Shown here piece after piece: positions 33,142-45,013 of a stretch of DNA of 64,000 nt. This stretch comes from an uncultured Verrucomicrobiae bacterium. GTDB lineage: Bacteria; Verrucomicrobiota; Verrucomicrobiia; Chthoniobacterales; UBA10450. The notes under the pieces are model-generated. The model saw nothing but the letters and a program-made list of their open reading frames with translations. It had not been told where the DNA came from and did no database searches. The translations under genes were made by a program, and so were the position numbers. The stretch is taken from positions 288,001 to 352,000 of the forward strand of contig CAWFGO010000001.1 of assembly GCA_963815455.1 (NCBI GenBank), in the 5' to 3' direction. Position 1 is the first letter of the stretch. Every line of letters starts with the position of its first letter.

Positions 33142-34146
33142 CTACGGAGCGTAATAGCCCGGCAGAAAATACGCGCGTCCCGATTCCAATTGCGGAACGA
33201 GTTGCCCTGGCAGCCGGAGTTCGATCTTCGAATCCGCCTGATTGAAGAGCTGAAAAAGATGACTGAGATTGAATGGCGGCGCGTATTTCACGACCTTGGC
33301 GTCCGGTGCGCCGCCCAGTTCTCTCGCCTTGGAAAACGCATCCTCAATCTGCCCGAGCCCATCGATCAATTTGTGCTCGTAAGCGTCCCGGCCCGAGAGA
33401 ATCCGGCCATCGGCAATCGTGCTCCGGAGCAGCTCGGCCGAAAGATGACGCTCCTTGGCCACGATGCCGAGAAATTTGTCGTACGTTTTCATAACGAAAC
33501 TTTGGACAAGCTCGCGCTCTTCCGGCGTGATCGGCCGGGCGCCGTTGAGCATGTCCTTGAACTTGCCGCTTTTGAAAACGACAGCGGAGAGTCCGACTTT
33601 GTTAAACAACTGCTCGTAATTCAGGGTCTGTATGATGACACCGATGCTGCCGGTAATCGTCGTGTCGTTCGCCATCAGGAATTTGCCGCCACAGGAAACA
33701 TAGTAACCGCCCGAGGCGGCCAGCGAACCCATGTAAATCACGACCGGCTTTTTTTCGCGCGCCTTCAGCACGGCGTGGTAAATCTGGTCTGAAGCTGTCA
33801 CTTCTCCTCCCGGCGAATCGATTTCCATCACGATCGCCTTGACCCGATCGTCCTCGCACGCCTGTTGCAGCGAGCCGCGCAAATCGTCCACCATCGTTTC
33901 ACGCGCGTTTCCCGGAACCGAGGAACTAATCAAACCGCGCAGAGTAATGAGCGCGATCTTGTCCGCGCCGCCATGGCCACGTTCCACCAGGATTTCCCGA
34001 AACCGCGGCATCGGTTCCACCTCCCTGGCCATTCCGCCGATTCGCTGAAACATGGCCATCACCAGCACGAAATTGATGAACGCGCTCGCGCAGAGCGCCA
34101 CGAACAGAAAAATGCTCAGACAACCCAATCTGCGATCTGCCGCCAT
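33142..34146 (-). CDS. sppA: Signal peptide peptidase SppA
   Basis: IDSPGG, AASGGYY, TGSIGVI, KSGKFKD. Confidence 0.95.
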   Translation of the reverse strand: MAADRRLGCLSIFLFVALCASAFINFVLVMAMFQRIGGMAREVEPMPRFREILVERGHGGADKIALITLRGLISSSVPGNARETMVDDLRGSLQQACEDDRVKAIVMEIDSPGGEVTASDQIYHAVLKAREKKPVVIYMGSLAASGGYYVSCGGKFLMANDTTITGSIGVIIQTLNYEQLFNKVGLSAVVFKSGKFKDMLNGARPITPEERELVQSFVMKTYDKFLGIVAKERHLSAELLRSTIADGRILSGRDAYEHKLIDGLGQIEDAFSKARELGGAPDAKVVKYAPPFNLSHLFQLFNQADSKIELRLPGQLVPQLESGRAYFLPGYYAP

Positions 34147-34410
34147 AACGGGAGGACAGTGGCGGAGAATGCTCCGGCCGACAAGCGCTTTTCATGGGGC
34201 GGAACTTTGCCCGTTTGTGCGCTTTCGAGCGCCATCGTCACGATCGAGAGTTGCTGTTTTCGTCGTGGCCCGCCTGGAATCTGTGGCCGTCCCCATCCCA
34301 TCATGCGACCGCGACACGACCAGGGAGCGAATAAAGTGGGGATTCCAACGGGGAAGATTTTCAGGGAATCGGGCTGGCGTGGAAGCTGCTCAACCAGTCC
34401 GTAACGATTT

Positions 34411-34629
34411 ATGAACAGCACGGGAAATCTTATGGTAAGCGAGACCTCCTCGCGTCGTGTCCGCAAGTCCAAGCCACGACGGAAACCGCGCGGGCGGGCG
34501 AAAAAAGCTGCCTCATCTGATCAGAATGGCGATCCAGAGCTCGCCGCGCCGGGCAGCCTTACCCGCACCAAAGCCCTCCTTCTTGCCGCTCTCCGGGTTT
34601 GGGAATTAAAGCACCGCATCGGCGACTAA
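34411..34629 (+). CDS. Possible small basic hypothetical protein
   Basis: 72-aa ORF in an otherwise empty interval; no motif. Confidence 0.35.
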   Translation: MNSTGNLMVSETSSRRVRKSKPRRKPRGRAKKAASSDQNGDPELAAPGSLTRTKALLLAALRVWELKHRIGD

Positions 34630-34714
34630 AGCCGATCGTGTTTAGCTCGCGCATCGCCTTTCTTTTATTCCGGGCTGTTCGATTTCGCCCAGGGCAGACT
34701 GGGCCGAGTAATCT

Positions 34715-35392
34715 TTAAGGAGTCGGCTTGCGCCGACGATAGCCCATGACAATCCAACCAGTGGCGGCCGCGAAACCGAGCAGCGCAAACGTGCTCGGCT
34801 CCGGGATCAACGCGACCACGAAAGTGCCCGCCGGGATAATGTTGTTATCGTTGAATTGCGTATCGGCGACTTCCGAGATGCGCGGGCTGGTGGTGGTGGA
34901 GCGAATGGTCAAGCTCTGTCCGATTAACCCGCTGGCTCCGGCGTCAATTGCGAAGGTCAACGTGTTAATCATGTAGGTCCCCGGCGGGATTTCGCTGCCC
35001 GGGGTACTGTCGTTGGTTGCGCCTAAATCGCGCGTTTCGGTCATATAACCCGGCGTCGCACCGCTGGTGGTGTTAAAAAAAGCAGGATTGGGCACGGTCT
35101 GATTGGGGTCGGGGAATTGAGAGGAATATGTAACCCCCGTGATGCTCAGGAACGGCGCCCAGGCATTAGGCACTTCCAGCCAATAGGAGAGACCGAACGA
35201 ACTGTAACCGCTGTAGGTCAAAAAAACATTCAGCGTAACGCTGGTTCGCGGGATCCAAGTGTCCGAACTGGTAAACGCCAACGATTGGCTGTGCGCTCCT
35301 TGTGGCGACCCGATCGGATCCGAATTGGTTGCCTGGCCAAAGACGCTGGCTGCCAGGATGCAGCTCACTCCGAGTAATAGTGCTTTTTTCAT
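34715..35392 (-). CDS. PEP-CTERM sorting-domain protein
   Basis: Signal peptide; IPEPSTFALLG, TM segment, RRRK tail. Confidence 0.9.
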   Translation of the reverse strand: MKKALLLGVSCILAASVFGQATNSDPIGSPQGAHSQSLAFTSSDTWIPRTSVTLNVFLTYSGYSSFGLSYWLEVPNAWAPFLSITGVTYSSQFPDPNQTVPNPAFFNTTSGATPGYMTETRDLGATNDSTPGSEIPPGTYMINTLTFAIDAGASGLIGQSLTIRSTTTSPRISEVADTQFNDNNIIPAGTFVVALIPEPSTFALLGFAAATGWIVMGYRRRKPTP

Positions 35393-35622
35393 TGGCTTCC
35401 TTAATGTTTTCGTCACGGCAAATCTATCGCATAGGCATCCATTATCGAGCTGTTGGCAAATTCGAAGGCAGCAGCTTCGCATGGGATTGGATTGGTACCC
35501 ACGGCGAATATGATCGGCTGGGTTAGCGCGGTTTTACGTTGTAACCCTTTAACTTTTTTAACGTCCCCTCCCATTCCCACTGGATTTTCTGCGCCGCTCG
35601 GCGACATATTGCGATCGCATTT

Positions 35623-35696
35623 GCGCCCGTAGCTCAGCCGGATAGAGCATCGGATTTCTAATCCGAGGGTCGGGTGTTCGAGTCACCCCGGGCGCG
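35623..35696 (+). tRNA. tRNA-Arg(TCT)
   Basis: Cloverleaf: acceptor gcgcccg/cgggcgc, anticodon arm tcgga-tt-TCT-aa-tccga, T arm gggtg-ttcgagt-caccc; CCA not encoded. Confidence 0.95.
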
Positions 35697-35764
35697 CTTT
35701 TTTGTCTAAGATCGACAATGAACCGCGCAATCAGCCGATGACGACCGAATAGGCAGTAGTCATC

Positions 35765-36130
35765 ATGTTTTTTCCTCTCCGGTTTCTCAGGATTGCTCTG
35801 CCCCTTCTTGCATTCGCCACGCTTGTCTTGGGCGCTGAGTCTTTGGACCAAACGATCGATTATCTGATCGATTACATTGCAAAATCCGACGCTAGGTTCA
35901 TTAGAAATGGAACCAGCTATACACCAGCGGAAGCGGTTGAGCACGTCAAAGCGAAGTATGCTCACTTTAAAAACAGGATCAAAACTCCGGAAGATTTTAT
36001 CCGGTTCTCGGCTTCGAAAAGTTTATTGAGCGGTAGACCATATCTCGTGCGAACACACGAAGGAAAAGAAATGCGCCTGGACGAATGGCTGACGGCTGCG
36101 CTCAAGGAACATCGCGCACACATTCAATGA
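35765..36130 (+). CDS. DUF5329-like secreted protein
   Basis: FIRNG...AVEHVKAK...TPEDFI...SKSLLSGRPYLV. Confidence 0.8.
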   Translation: MFFPLRFLRIALPLLAFATLVLGAESLDQTIDYLIDYIAKSDARFIRNGTSYTPAEAVEHVKAKYAHFKNRIKTPEDFIRFSASKSLLSGRPYLVRTHEGKEMRLDEWLTAALKEHRAHIQ

Positions 36131-37380
36131 TAAGATCCAAAACAACCGTTTGCCTTTTCTCGGTCGGTCTCCTGCTGACCGGATGCGTTCTTAAGAGCGG
36201 CAAACGGGTAAGCGAGGAAATCACCCCGCTCTACTCGGCCCGGTCGCCAGAGTTTCGACAATCAGCAGGCTCGCTGCTTGGTCCGAACTTTGTCGCTGGC
36301 AACAACATCACTACACTCGTGAACGGCCGGGAGATTTTTCCCGCCATGCTCAATGCCATTCGTTCGGCCAAACATTCCATTACCTTCGAGACCTATGTCT
36401 TTTGGAATGGCGAGATCGCGCGCCAATTTACCGTTGCCCTGGCCGAACGAGCCCGGGCCGGCGTAAAAGTGCACGCAATTCTCGACGCCCACGGGACTCG
36501 CCCGATGGGATGGGATAACCTGGCAAAACTGCGCGAAGCCGGTGTCGAGGTAGTAAAATATCATACCATTTTTTGGATCGACATCCGCCGTTACAACAAT
36601 CGCAGTCATCGCAAATTACTGATCATCGACGGGAAAACCGCGTTCGTCGGCGGAGTTGGAATTGCCGATGAATGGTCCGGCAATGCCGATTCGCCGGAAC
36701 ACTGGCGCGACAACCATTACAAGGTGACGGGGCCGGTCGTGGCCCAGTTGCAGGGCGCTTTCATGAACAACTGGCTGAAAACCAAGGGCACTGTCCTGCA
36801 CGGGTCGGATTATTTTCCTCCGCTCAGCAGCACCGGGCCCTGCCTTGCCCAGGCCATTACCAGCTCGACCCGTAGCGCGAATCTCGACCTGATGTATCTC
36901 CTCGCCATCGCTTCCGCGCGGAAGAATTTGCGCATCGAAAACGCTTACTTCCTGCCGGACGAACTAACGCGCAAAGAACTAATCGCTGCCGCCAAACGCG
37001 GCGTGAAAGTTGAAATCGTTGTGCCGGGAAAGCATATCGACCAAAAACTCGTACGGGCCGCGTCGAAGCGGCACTGGCCCGCGCTGATCGAGGCCGGGAT
37101 CAAGATTTACGAGTACGAACCGACCATGGTGCACGTAAAATTAATGATCGTGGATGACGCGTTCGTTTCAGTCGGCTCGGGCAACTTCGATAATCGCTCC
37201 ACCCGGCTTAACGACGAAGCCAATCTCGATGTGCTGGATCGACAATTTGCCGCCCAGCAAACGCGCCTGTTCGACACAGACAAAGGCAAGTCTCGTCAGG
37301 CCTCGCTCGATTCGACGGGAAAACTAATTTTCCTGCACCCGCTCGAACAAGCCGCCGGCCTGGCCTCACCGCAACTGTAG
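36127..37380 (+). CDS. cls: Cardiolipin synthase / phospholipase D family protein
   Basis: Two HKD motifs: HRKLLIID and HVKLMIVD. Confidence 0.9.
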   Translation: MIRSKTTVCLFSVGLLLTGCVLKSGKRVSEEITPLYSARSPEFRQSAGSLLGPNFVAGNNITTLVNGREIFPAMLNAIRSAKHSITFETYVFWNGEIARQFTVALAERARAGVKVHAILDAHGTRPMGWDNLAKLREAGVEVVKYHTIFWIDIRRYNNRSHRKLLIIDGKTAFVGGVGIADEWSGNADSPEHWRDNHYKVTGPVVAQLQGAFMNNWLKTKGTVLHGSDYFPPLSSTGPCLAQAITSSTRSANLDLMYLLAIASARKNLRIENAYFLPDELTRKELIAAAKRGVKVEIVVPGKHIDQKLVRAASKRHWPALIEAGIKIYEYEPTMVHVKLMIVDDAFVSVGSGNFDNRSTRLNDEANLDVLDRQFAAQQTRLFDTDKGKSRQASLDSTGKLIFLHPLEQAAGLASPQL

Positions 37381-37426
37381 GGCGTCTGTGTCAGACGCCA
37401 CTGCCGTCTCACAGAGATGGCCTACA
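37376..37426. repeat. GTAG-type REP doublet between convergent cls and ada
   Basis: tgtagggcgtctg..cagacgcc...cctaca. Confidence 0.8.
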
Positions 37427-38483
37427 AACCTTTCAGTTTCCGTTCGTGATCGAGCAGCCATTTCTTGCGCCACAGTCCGCCGCCGTAACCGCATAAAGTT
37501 CCATCGGCTCGAATAACGCGGTGGCAAGGGATGATGATGCACATCATGTTTTCACCATTGGCCCGACCGACCGCGCGGCGCATCTCCACGTCGCCGAGCT
37601 TTTCTGCCATCCAGGAATAGGAACGGGTTTCACCAACAGAAATGGTTCGCAATAGTTCCCAGGCTCGCAGTTGAAACGGCGATCCAACCGGCGCCAGCGA
37701 GACATCGAATTTCAAATTCTTCCCCGAAAAATAATCGGCCAGCTGCGAACGCACCGCATCGAGATGTCGATGTTCTCCAGGAACGACGTTCGTCCGCAGA
37801 CGGGTGCGCAGGATCGACAATTCACGGTCCATGGCGCGCCGATCGACAAACTCGAGCAGACGCAATCCTTCGTCGTCGGCGATGGCCAGCATGGCCCCGA
37901 GCGGTGTTTCAATTCGCTCGGCCAGCAATACCGATTTCGTTTTCGCCGCGGCCGGCGGCTCGCCGAAAATTCGGGCAAAAGCATCTCGAAAACCGCTGGC
38001 CGACTCAAACCCGCTCCCATTTTTCGCTTCGTCGACGCGTCCCCCACGCTGCACTTCACGCAGCGCCCGGCCCATCCGCCGGGCGCGATAATAGGCTTGG
38101 AACGTCATCCCGTAATGGCGCCTGAACTGCCGCCGGGCGGTGGAAGGATCGATCGACATCGCCTCCAGTTCCTTGTCCGTGAGCCGGCCGTCAGGCGCGC
38201 GCTCCACTTCGGCCCGCAACCGCTCGATCAATTTCGGCGCGTGTCCTTCCGGGTCCATTGGATGACAGCGCAAACAGGGGCGATAGCCGCCATGCAGCGC
38301 TTCACTCGGGTTTGCAAAAAAATCGACATTCTCTCGCGCGGGTTTTTTCGCAGAACAGGTCGGCCGGCAAAAAATCCCGGTCGTTCGCACGCCGACATAA
38401 AAAATTCCTTCGAAGCTCTGATCGCGATTCAGTAAAGCGCGATACATCGTCTCCGGTGGTGGAAGAAGTTCCATTGTTTTCAT
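37422..38483 (-). CDS. ada: Bifunctional Ada regulator / O6-methylguanine-DNA methyltransferase
   Basis: CRPTC, RPCLRC, AraC-type HTH, IPCHRV. Confidence 0.95.
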   Translation of the reverse strand: MKTMELLPPPETMYRALLNRDQSFEGIFYVGVRTTGIFCRPTCSAKKPARENVDFFANPSEALHGGYRPCLRCHPMDPEGHAPKLIERLRAEVERAPDGRLTDKELEAMSIDPSTARRQFRRHYGMTFQAYYRARRMGRALREVQRGGRVDEAKNGSGFESASGFRDAFARIFGEPPAAAKTKSVLLAERIETPLGAMLAIADDEGLRLLEFVDRRAMDRELSILRTRLRTNVVPGEHRHLDAVRSQLADYFSGKNLKFDVSLAPVGSPFQLRAWELLRTISVGETRSYSWMAEKLGDVEMRRAVGRANGENMMCIIIPCHRVIRADGTLCGYGGGLWRKKWLLDHERKLKGL

Positions 38484-38553
38484 GTCAACACGTTACGACG
38501 CTTTATTGTAGTCGCGCACCGACGAATTTCAGGCAATGAATTCTGTCTTCTTC

Positions 38554-38678
38554 TGTAGCGGCGGTCTCTGACCGTCGCCAATCTTTGAAGATGAAGTCAG
38601 CGACGGTCAGAGAACGCCGCTACAACTTTGGAGGGCGTTTCTGTGAAACGCCATGGCGTCTGACCCAGACGCCCTACA
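38554..38678. repeat. Two tandem REP doublets (GTAG/GGAG type)
   Basis: 38554-38624 and 38629-38678, each ending ctaca. Confidence 0.8.
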
Positions 38679-38680
38679 GA

Positions 38681-39148
38681 TTACCACCGGTGATACGCGG
38701 GATGCCCTTCCGTAACCGCAACGAAAATCCCGCGGCAGGTCGCGCAAACTTTTCCCCCGGCGGTCAGTGTTCCTTCCACGGTGGCGCGGTCGTCTTTAGA
38801 ATCGACAACTTTCGCGGAAAGATAAACCGGACCACTCGTCGGCGTCGGCCGCAGAAGCTTAATCGCATATTCGGCGGTGACCGTGCACGGCGCGTGATCC
38901 TCCTTCGCCTGTTTCATCAAATGATAAGCCGCGGTCCAATTACAGTGGCAATCGAGCAGTGTGCCGATAATCCCGCCGCACAAGACACCCGGGAAAGCTT
39001 CGTATTTTTTCTCGGGAATAAATTCGGCAACAACTTCATCGCCCTTGGGAAAACTGCGAATGCGCAGACCGTCGGGATTCGCCGGGCCGCATCCAAAGCA
39101 GGCGTTGCCCGGCGCGTATTTTTCCTGAAGCGATTGCGATCAGTCCAT
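38681..39148 (-). CDS. PaaI-family thioesterase (in-frame TGA at codon 3)
   Basis: SLQEKYAPGNACFGCGPANPDGLRI...GGIIGTLLDCH...HPAYHRW. Confidence 0.8.
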
Positions 39149-39248
39149 TTGTCGGATCGGCCGTATCGGCGGTCATAGACGCCGCTACAGCGAGTCGATC
39201 TGCGATTATTTTCGCGCGCCATCAGTTGGCACGCCGGGATATTGTCGA

Positions 39249-40352
<1,104 letters not shown>

Positions 40353-40395
40353 CTTGTTCTTCGATTCTAGCAACGATACGGGCCGCGACAAATAA

Positions 40396-41271
40396 TCAGT
40401 CGTGCGATCCCAGCCAATCTTCCGCCGCCGGATCGTATTCGAGCAGGTCGTAGAGTTCCTGCCGTGTTTGCATCCTGTCGATCCAGTCCTTCGGCGTGCC
40501 GGCCTTCTTCAGGCCGGCGAAAAATTCTCCGGTTGTTTTCATGGCAACCCGGAACGCGCTCTGCGGAAAGATCACCATCCGATAGCCCAAATCGGACAGT
40601 TCCTGGAATGAAAGCAGCGGACTCTTGCCGAACTCGGTCATATTGGCCAGCAGCGGCACCTTGATCTCGTTGGCGAAATCGCGGAACTCGGCCACGCTTG
40701 GCAATGCTTCTGGGAAGATCGCGTCCGCGCCCGCTTCGACATATTTTTGCGCGCGTTTTACCGCGCCCTTGAAATCTTCGGTCGCACGCGAATCGGTCCG
40801 GGCGATGATCAGAAAATCCTTGTCGGCGCGTCCTGACACGGCCGCTTTGATCCGGCCTACCATCTGGGCCGCTTCGACGACGGTCTTGCCGGCCAAATGC
40901 CCGCATCGTTTTGGAAATTCCTGGTCCTCGATATGGCAGCCAGCCAGGCCGGCTCTCTCCAGTTCCCGGATCGTCTGCGCAACATTGTCTTCACCAAACC
41001 CTGTATCAGCATCGACAATCGCCGGAATCGTCACCGCTTTCGCGACATACCCGGCAAGCCTGACGACCTCCGGCATTGTCAGCAAGCCGATGTCCGGAAC
41101 ACCGGCTGTGGAGTTCGCCATTCCCGCGCCACTAATATAGACAGCCTCAAATCCGGCCCGCTCAACCTGCCGGGCCATCGACGCATTCGGCACCCCCGGC
41201 ATCAGGACGGCGCCCTGCGCGATCAACTCACGCAATCTCGTGCTCTTGCTCATGCTCATGCTCATGCTCAT
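40396..41271 (-). CDS. prpB: Methylisocitrate lyase
   Basis: DADTGFG, KRCGHL, IARTD, ANMTEFGK; start uncertain within (ATGAGC)4. Confidence 0.92.
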   Translation of the reverse strand: MSMSMSMSKSTRLRELIAQGAVLMPGVPNASMARQVERAGFEAVYISGAGMANSTAGVPDIGLLTMPEVVRLAGYVAKAVTIPAIVDADTGFGEDNVAQTIRELERAGLAGCHIEDQEFPKRCGHLAGKTVVEAAQMVGRIKAAVSGRADKDFLIIARTDSRATEDFKGAVKRAQKYVEAGADAIFPEALPSVAEFRDFANEIKVPLLANMTEFGKSPLLSFQELSDLGYRMVIFPQSAFRVAMKTTGEFFAGLKKAGTPKDWIDRMQTRQELYDLLEYDPAAEDWLGSHD

Positions 41272-41299
41272 GCGTCGCCAAATAACGAACGATGCGTTC

Positions 41300-41382
41300 G
41301 TCATTCCGAGCGAAGCCGAGGAATTCCGTGGCGAAAGCTTTAGCGCAATTCAACGGGATCCTTCGACTTCGCTCAGGATGAC
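41300..41382. repeat. GTCAT..ATGAC palindromic repeat
   Basis: gtcattccgagcgaag...cttcgctcaggatgac. Confidence 0.85.
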
Positions 41383-41402
41383 AATGCCTACTTCGTGCTT
41401 CG

Positions 41403-42803
41403 TCATTCGTCATTCGTCATTCTCGCGGCCTGCATCAATTCATCGACATTTCTTGCCCCATCCAGCTTCCAGCCAAGATCGACAATCTTCTTCGCTCTTC
41501 CTTCGCCAAGGAATGGCACGACTAAGGCATTGAACTTTCCTTCCAATTGCTCGTCGCTCACCGGATTCAGGGCATTGCCAAGCGGATAATCGACGCGCTT
41601 GGTCAGGGTGCGTCCGTCTTTCAAGGTAACGTGCACGATGTTCGCGACCGCTTTGGCGTAGAGCGAGCTCAACTCGTCGTTCCGCTGCACCGTGACATTC
41701 TCCAAGAATTTCCAGATCTTCGGGTCCATGAAACGCGCCGGCTGGAATTGTTTATCGGTTACTTCGCCATCGATCAGGGCGATGCTGGTGATATATGGCA
41801 GGCTGTGATCCGCCGTCTCGCGCGTTTCCGGTTTCCATTTTTCCGGTTCGCTTCCGATAATATCGACTGAAGCATCGTGGCTCTCGATCCGGACCGATTG
41901 AATTTTTGCCGGATCGCCTATTTCCTTGCGCAAGAATAAGGCCGCCTCGATCGCGCTCTGGCTGTGATACTCGGCCGGCCAATATTTGATGCTCGTCTTC
42001 AGAATCATCGAGGCCGGCCCCTGGCCTTTCATCGCTTCCTGTTTCTTATCGAAGACTTCGGCCACATTGCCTAACGAGACACCGAGCTCCTTTTCAAAAC
42101 CCATTTGTCCCTCGAAAATCGGCGCCGGCCCGGTCATTCCTGCCCGTGCCAGCAACGCCGCATAGACTCCGTGACGCGCAGCGTGGGCGAAGGCGACTCC
42201 TTTCCAGTGCGAAAGTTCTCCCACCCGGGCCTGTCGAAACGCCGCGCAGTTGACCCCGGCGATGTTGACGGCATGCCGGGTTTTCTCCGGATCTAGCTTC
42301 ATTAATTTCGCGGAAGCAAGCGCGGTCGAGAAGGCTCCGTATGTTGGGTGATCCCAACCGCGCGCGCGAATACTGGCTGCGTCGCACAGACGGCATTGCA
42401 CTTCGTAGGCCAGCGCCGCCGCGGTGATCGCGTCGCGTCCATTCGCGCCGACGTTTTCCGCAACGGCGAAAACCGCGGCAAGGTTGTCGCTCGGATGCGC
42501 CGGCTCCTTCGAGAGGTAGGTGTCGTTGTAATCGAAGTAGCGGATGCAACAGCCCGTCGCGAACGCCGCCCAATCCGGCGGCGCTTTGTGACTCGTGCCG
42601 ATGATTGTCGATCCCGATTTGGCCGAAAATTCCGACGCCACTTTGCGGGCAATCGCGCACGGTTCTTCATTCCAGGCCCCGAGCGCGCAACCGAAGGAAT
42701 CGATCACCCGCCGTTTCACTTCGTGAACGACGTCCTTGGAAAGATCTTCGAATTGGAGCGAACAGGCGTAGTTGGCGAGTTGATGAGCTAATGATTTGGT
42801 CAT
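41403..42803 (-). CDS. prpD: 2-methylcitrate dehydratase (MmgE/PrpD family)
   Basis: DYNDTY...HPSDN, LSHWKG, ETADHSLPY. Confidence 0.92.
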   Translation of the reverse strand: MTKSLAHQLANYACSLQFEDLSKDVVHEVKRRVIDSFGCALGAWNEEPCAIARKVASEFSAKSGSTIIGTSHKAPPDWAAFATGCCIRYFDYNDTYLSKEPAHPSDNLAAVFAVAENVGANGRDAITAAALAYEVQCRLCDAASIRARGWDHPTYGAFSTALASAKLMKLDPEKTRHAVNIAGVNCAAFRQARVGELSHWKGVAFAHAARHGVYAALLARAGMTGPAPIFEGQMGFEKELGVSLGNVAEVFDKKQEAMKGQGPASMILKTSIKYWPAEYHSQSAIEAALFLRKEIGDPAKIQSVRIESHDASVDIIGSEPEKWKPETRETADHSLPYITSIALIDGEVTDKQFQPARFMDPKIWKFLENVTVQRNDELSSLYAKAVANIVHVTLKDGRTLTKRVDYPLGNALNPVSDEQLEGKFNALVVPFLGEGRAKKIVDLGWKLDGARNVDELMQAARMTNDE

Positions 42804-42863
42804 GAGAAAAGTGTGGCTGCAATGTGGCGATGAATGAAGCTTGAGCAAGCGGACAAGGCTCTT

Positions 42864-42955
42864 GTCGTTCTCAGCGGAGAGAAGCGGAGTCGAAGAATCC
42901 CGCGGCGCTAGCTTAAACTTTCACAACGGGATTCCTCGACTTTGCTCGGAATGAC
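42864..42955. repeat. GTCAT..ATGAC-family palindromic repeat
   Basis: gcggagtcgaagaatccc...gggattcctcgactttgctcggaatgac. Confidence 0.8.
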
Positions 42956-43014
42956 AAGAATTGGAAAATTCATCCGTGCCCATCCGCGTAATCCGTGGTT
43001 AAAGTTCTTCCGAC

Positions 43015-44370
43015 ATGAGCAAAGTATACCCTGACGCCAAGGCCGCATTAGAGGGCCTGCTCCACGACAACATGACAATCGCCGCGGGCGGATTCGGGCT
43101 GTGCGGGATCCCGGAAAATCTCATCGCCGCTCTGCACGACAGTGGCGCGAAGGGCCTTACCATTGTCGGCAACAACGCGGGCGTGGACGATTTCGGCATG
43201 GGCGTTCTGCTCACAACGCGGCAGGTGAAAAAGGTGATGGCTTCTTACGTCGGCGAGAACAAAGAGTTCGAACGTCAGGTGCTGGCCGGCGAACTCGATC
43301 TCGAGCTTATCCCGCAGGGCACACTAGCCGAACGGTTGCGCGCCGGCGGCGCGGGCATCCCGGGGTTCTACACCCGCACCGGTTTCGGCACCAAATTGAC
43401 CGAGGGCAAGGAGACGAAAGTTTTCGACGGAAAGGAATATGTGCTCGAACCCGGAATTACCGCCGAGGTTTCGCTCGTAAAAGCATGGAAGGGCGACAAA
43501 TCCGGCAACCTCATTTTTCGAAAAACCTCACGGAACTTCAACCCGATGATCGCCAGCTGCGGCAAAGTTTGCGTGGCCGAGGTGGAACAACTCGTTGAAG
43601 TCGGTGAGCTCGATCCTGACCAGATCCACACGCCGGGCATCTTTGTCGATCGCATCATCCAGGGAGAAAAGTACGAAAAACGGATTGAGTTCCGCACCGT
43701 ACAAGGCAGCACGACCGCAAAAAAAGAAAATCCGATCCGCGAGTTGATGGCGAAGCGCGCTGCCCAGGAGTTGCGCGACGGTTACTACGTCAATCTCGGC
43801 ATCGGCATCCCGACGCTGGTGGCGAACTACATCCCCGTAGGCATGAACGTTACGTTGCAGTCCGAGAATGGCCTGCTTGGCATCGGCCCGTTCCCGACTG
43901 AGGATGAAGTGGACGCCGACTTGATCAACGCCGGCAAACAAACCATCACCACCATGCCTGGCTCGGCCTTTTTCTCCAGCGCCGACTCATTCACGATGAT
44001 TCGTGGCGGCCATATCGATCTTGCTATTCTCGGCGCGTTCGAAGTGACGGACAAAGGCGACATCGCAAACTGGATGATTCCCGGCAAGATGGTCAAAGGA
44101 CCAGGTGGCGCGATGGACCTGGTCGCCGGGGTGAAGCGTGTCGTCGCGGTGATGGAGCACACCTCGAAGGACGGCAGCCCAAAAATTTTGAAACAATGCA
44201 CGCTGCCCATCACTGGCTTGGGAGTCGTCAACCTCATCATCACCGATCTATGCGTGTTCGAGGTGAAACAGGGCGGCGGCCTCGTTCTCATTGAATTGCA
44301 TCCCGGCGTTACGGTCGACGACATCCGCGCAAAGACTGGCGCGCCGTTCGACATCGCCCTCAAGCGCTGA
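43015..44370 (+). CDS. Succinyl-CoA:3-oxoacid CoA-transferase, fused A+B subunits
   Basis: [38 protein letters not shown]. Confidence 0.93.
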   Translation: MSKVYPDAKAALEGLLHDNMTIAAGGFGLCGIPENLIAALHDSGAKGLTIVGNNAGVDDFGMGVLLTTRQVKKVMASYVGENKEFERQVLAGELDLELIPQGTLAERLRAGGAGIPGFYTRTGFGTKLTEGKETKVFDGKEYVLEPGITAEVSLVKAWKGDKSGNLIFRKTSRNFNPMIASCGKVCVAEVEQLVEVGELDPDQIHTPGIFVDRIIQGEKYEKRIEFRTVQGSTTAKKENPIRELMAKRAAQELRDGYYVNLGIGIPTLVANYIPVGMNVTLQSENGLLGIGPFPTEDEVDADLINAGKQTITTMPGSAFFSSADSFTMIRGGHIDLAILGAFEVTDKGDIANWMIPGKMVKGPGGAMDLVAGVKRVVAVMEHTSKDGSPKILKQCTLPITGLGVVNLIITDLCVFEVKQGGGLVLIELHPGVTVDDIRAKTGAPFDIALKR

Positions 44371-44470
44371 AGAATGTGGGAGGGGCCTCGGTGCTCCGAC
44401 CGCGGCGCCAAAAGTGGTGAAAAGTATTAAAAAGTGGTAAAACGTCACGCCATCTGCTATGTTTTGAGCC

Positions 44471-45013
44471 ATGGAGGTCTTGGAACTCGTCGTTGAGAAG
44501 TCGATTGGGAAAGCCGTTCTCGCGCGCCATTCGAAGCTGAAGTCGGCCTTGCGAAAAGTCGGCCAGCGGGGCAGCACACGAACAGGCGCGTGCTCGACCG
44601 AAGAAGAAAAGCAGCGAATCACTGCGATCATAGAGCTTTGTTTCGAATACCGTCGTGAGAGCGATCCCGAAGAGCGTCAAAACATTCTCCGGACGTTAGA
44701 CGAAATCGCGGCTAATCAGCCGATCGAGCTTCCATCACAGAACATCGAGCAATGGGATGACGAGCTGGCAGCGCGAGGTCGCGATTACGCTAAGCTCCGA
44801 GAGATGGACGAAGCGCGAGTCGATAAATTCTTGAGGAAATACTCCTCACTAAAGCATCGCGCCGGTTTCAGAACGCAAGCGGAGGTCGCCAAAGCGGCTG
44901 GGATCGGCCGCACTCAAATTGCAGTGCTCGAATCGGGTAAGCACATGCCGCAGCAAAAGACGCTGCAAAAGCTCGCCACGGCGTTCGGTGTTGACGTGGC
45001 CGACTTGATGTAA
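44471..45013 (+). CDS. XRE-family HTH protein (antitoxin-like)
   Basis: C-terminal TQAEVAKAAGIGRTQIAVLESGKHMP...LATAFGV. Confidence 0.85.
   Translation: MEVLELVVEKSIGKAVLARHSKLKSALRKVGQRGSTRTGACSTEEEKQRITAIIELCFEYRRESDPEERQNILRTLDEIAANQPIELPSQNIEQWDDELAARGRDYAKLREMDEARVDKFLRKYSSLKHRAGFRTQAEVAKAAGIGRTQIAVLESGKHMPQQKTLQKLATAFGVDVADLM

Noticed and set aside
34150..34410. ncRNA or riboswitch upstream of the sppA-thiL operon
   Set aside because: No TPP-riboswitch or other recognisable consensus found by eye; an Rfam search would be needed.
35623..36130. tRNA-Arg as an integration site for an island
   Set aside because: No integrase nearby and no duplicated tRNA 3' end seen in the window.
39140..39142. 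Selenocysteine recoding of the thioesterase TGA
   Set aside because: The position is in a non-catalytic N-terminal tail and no SECIS-like hairpin was recognised.
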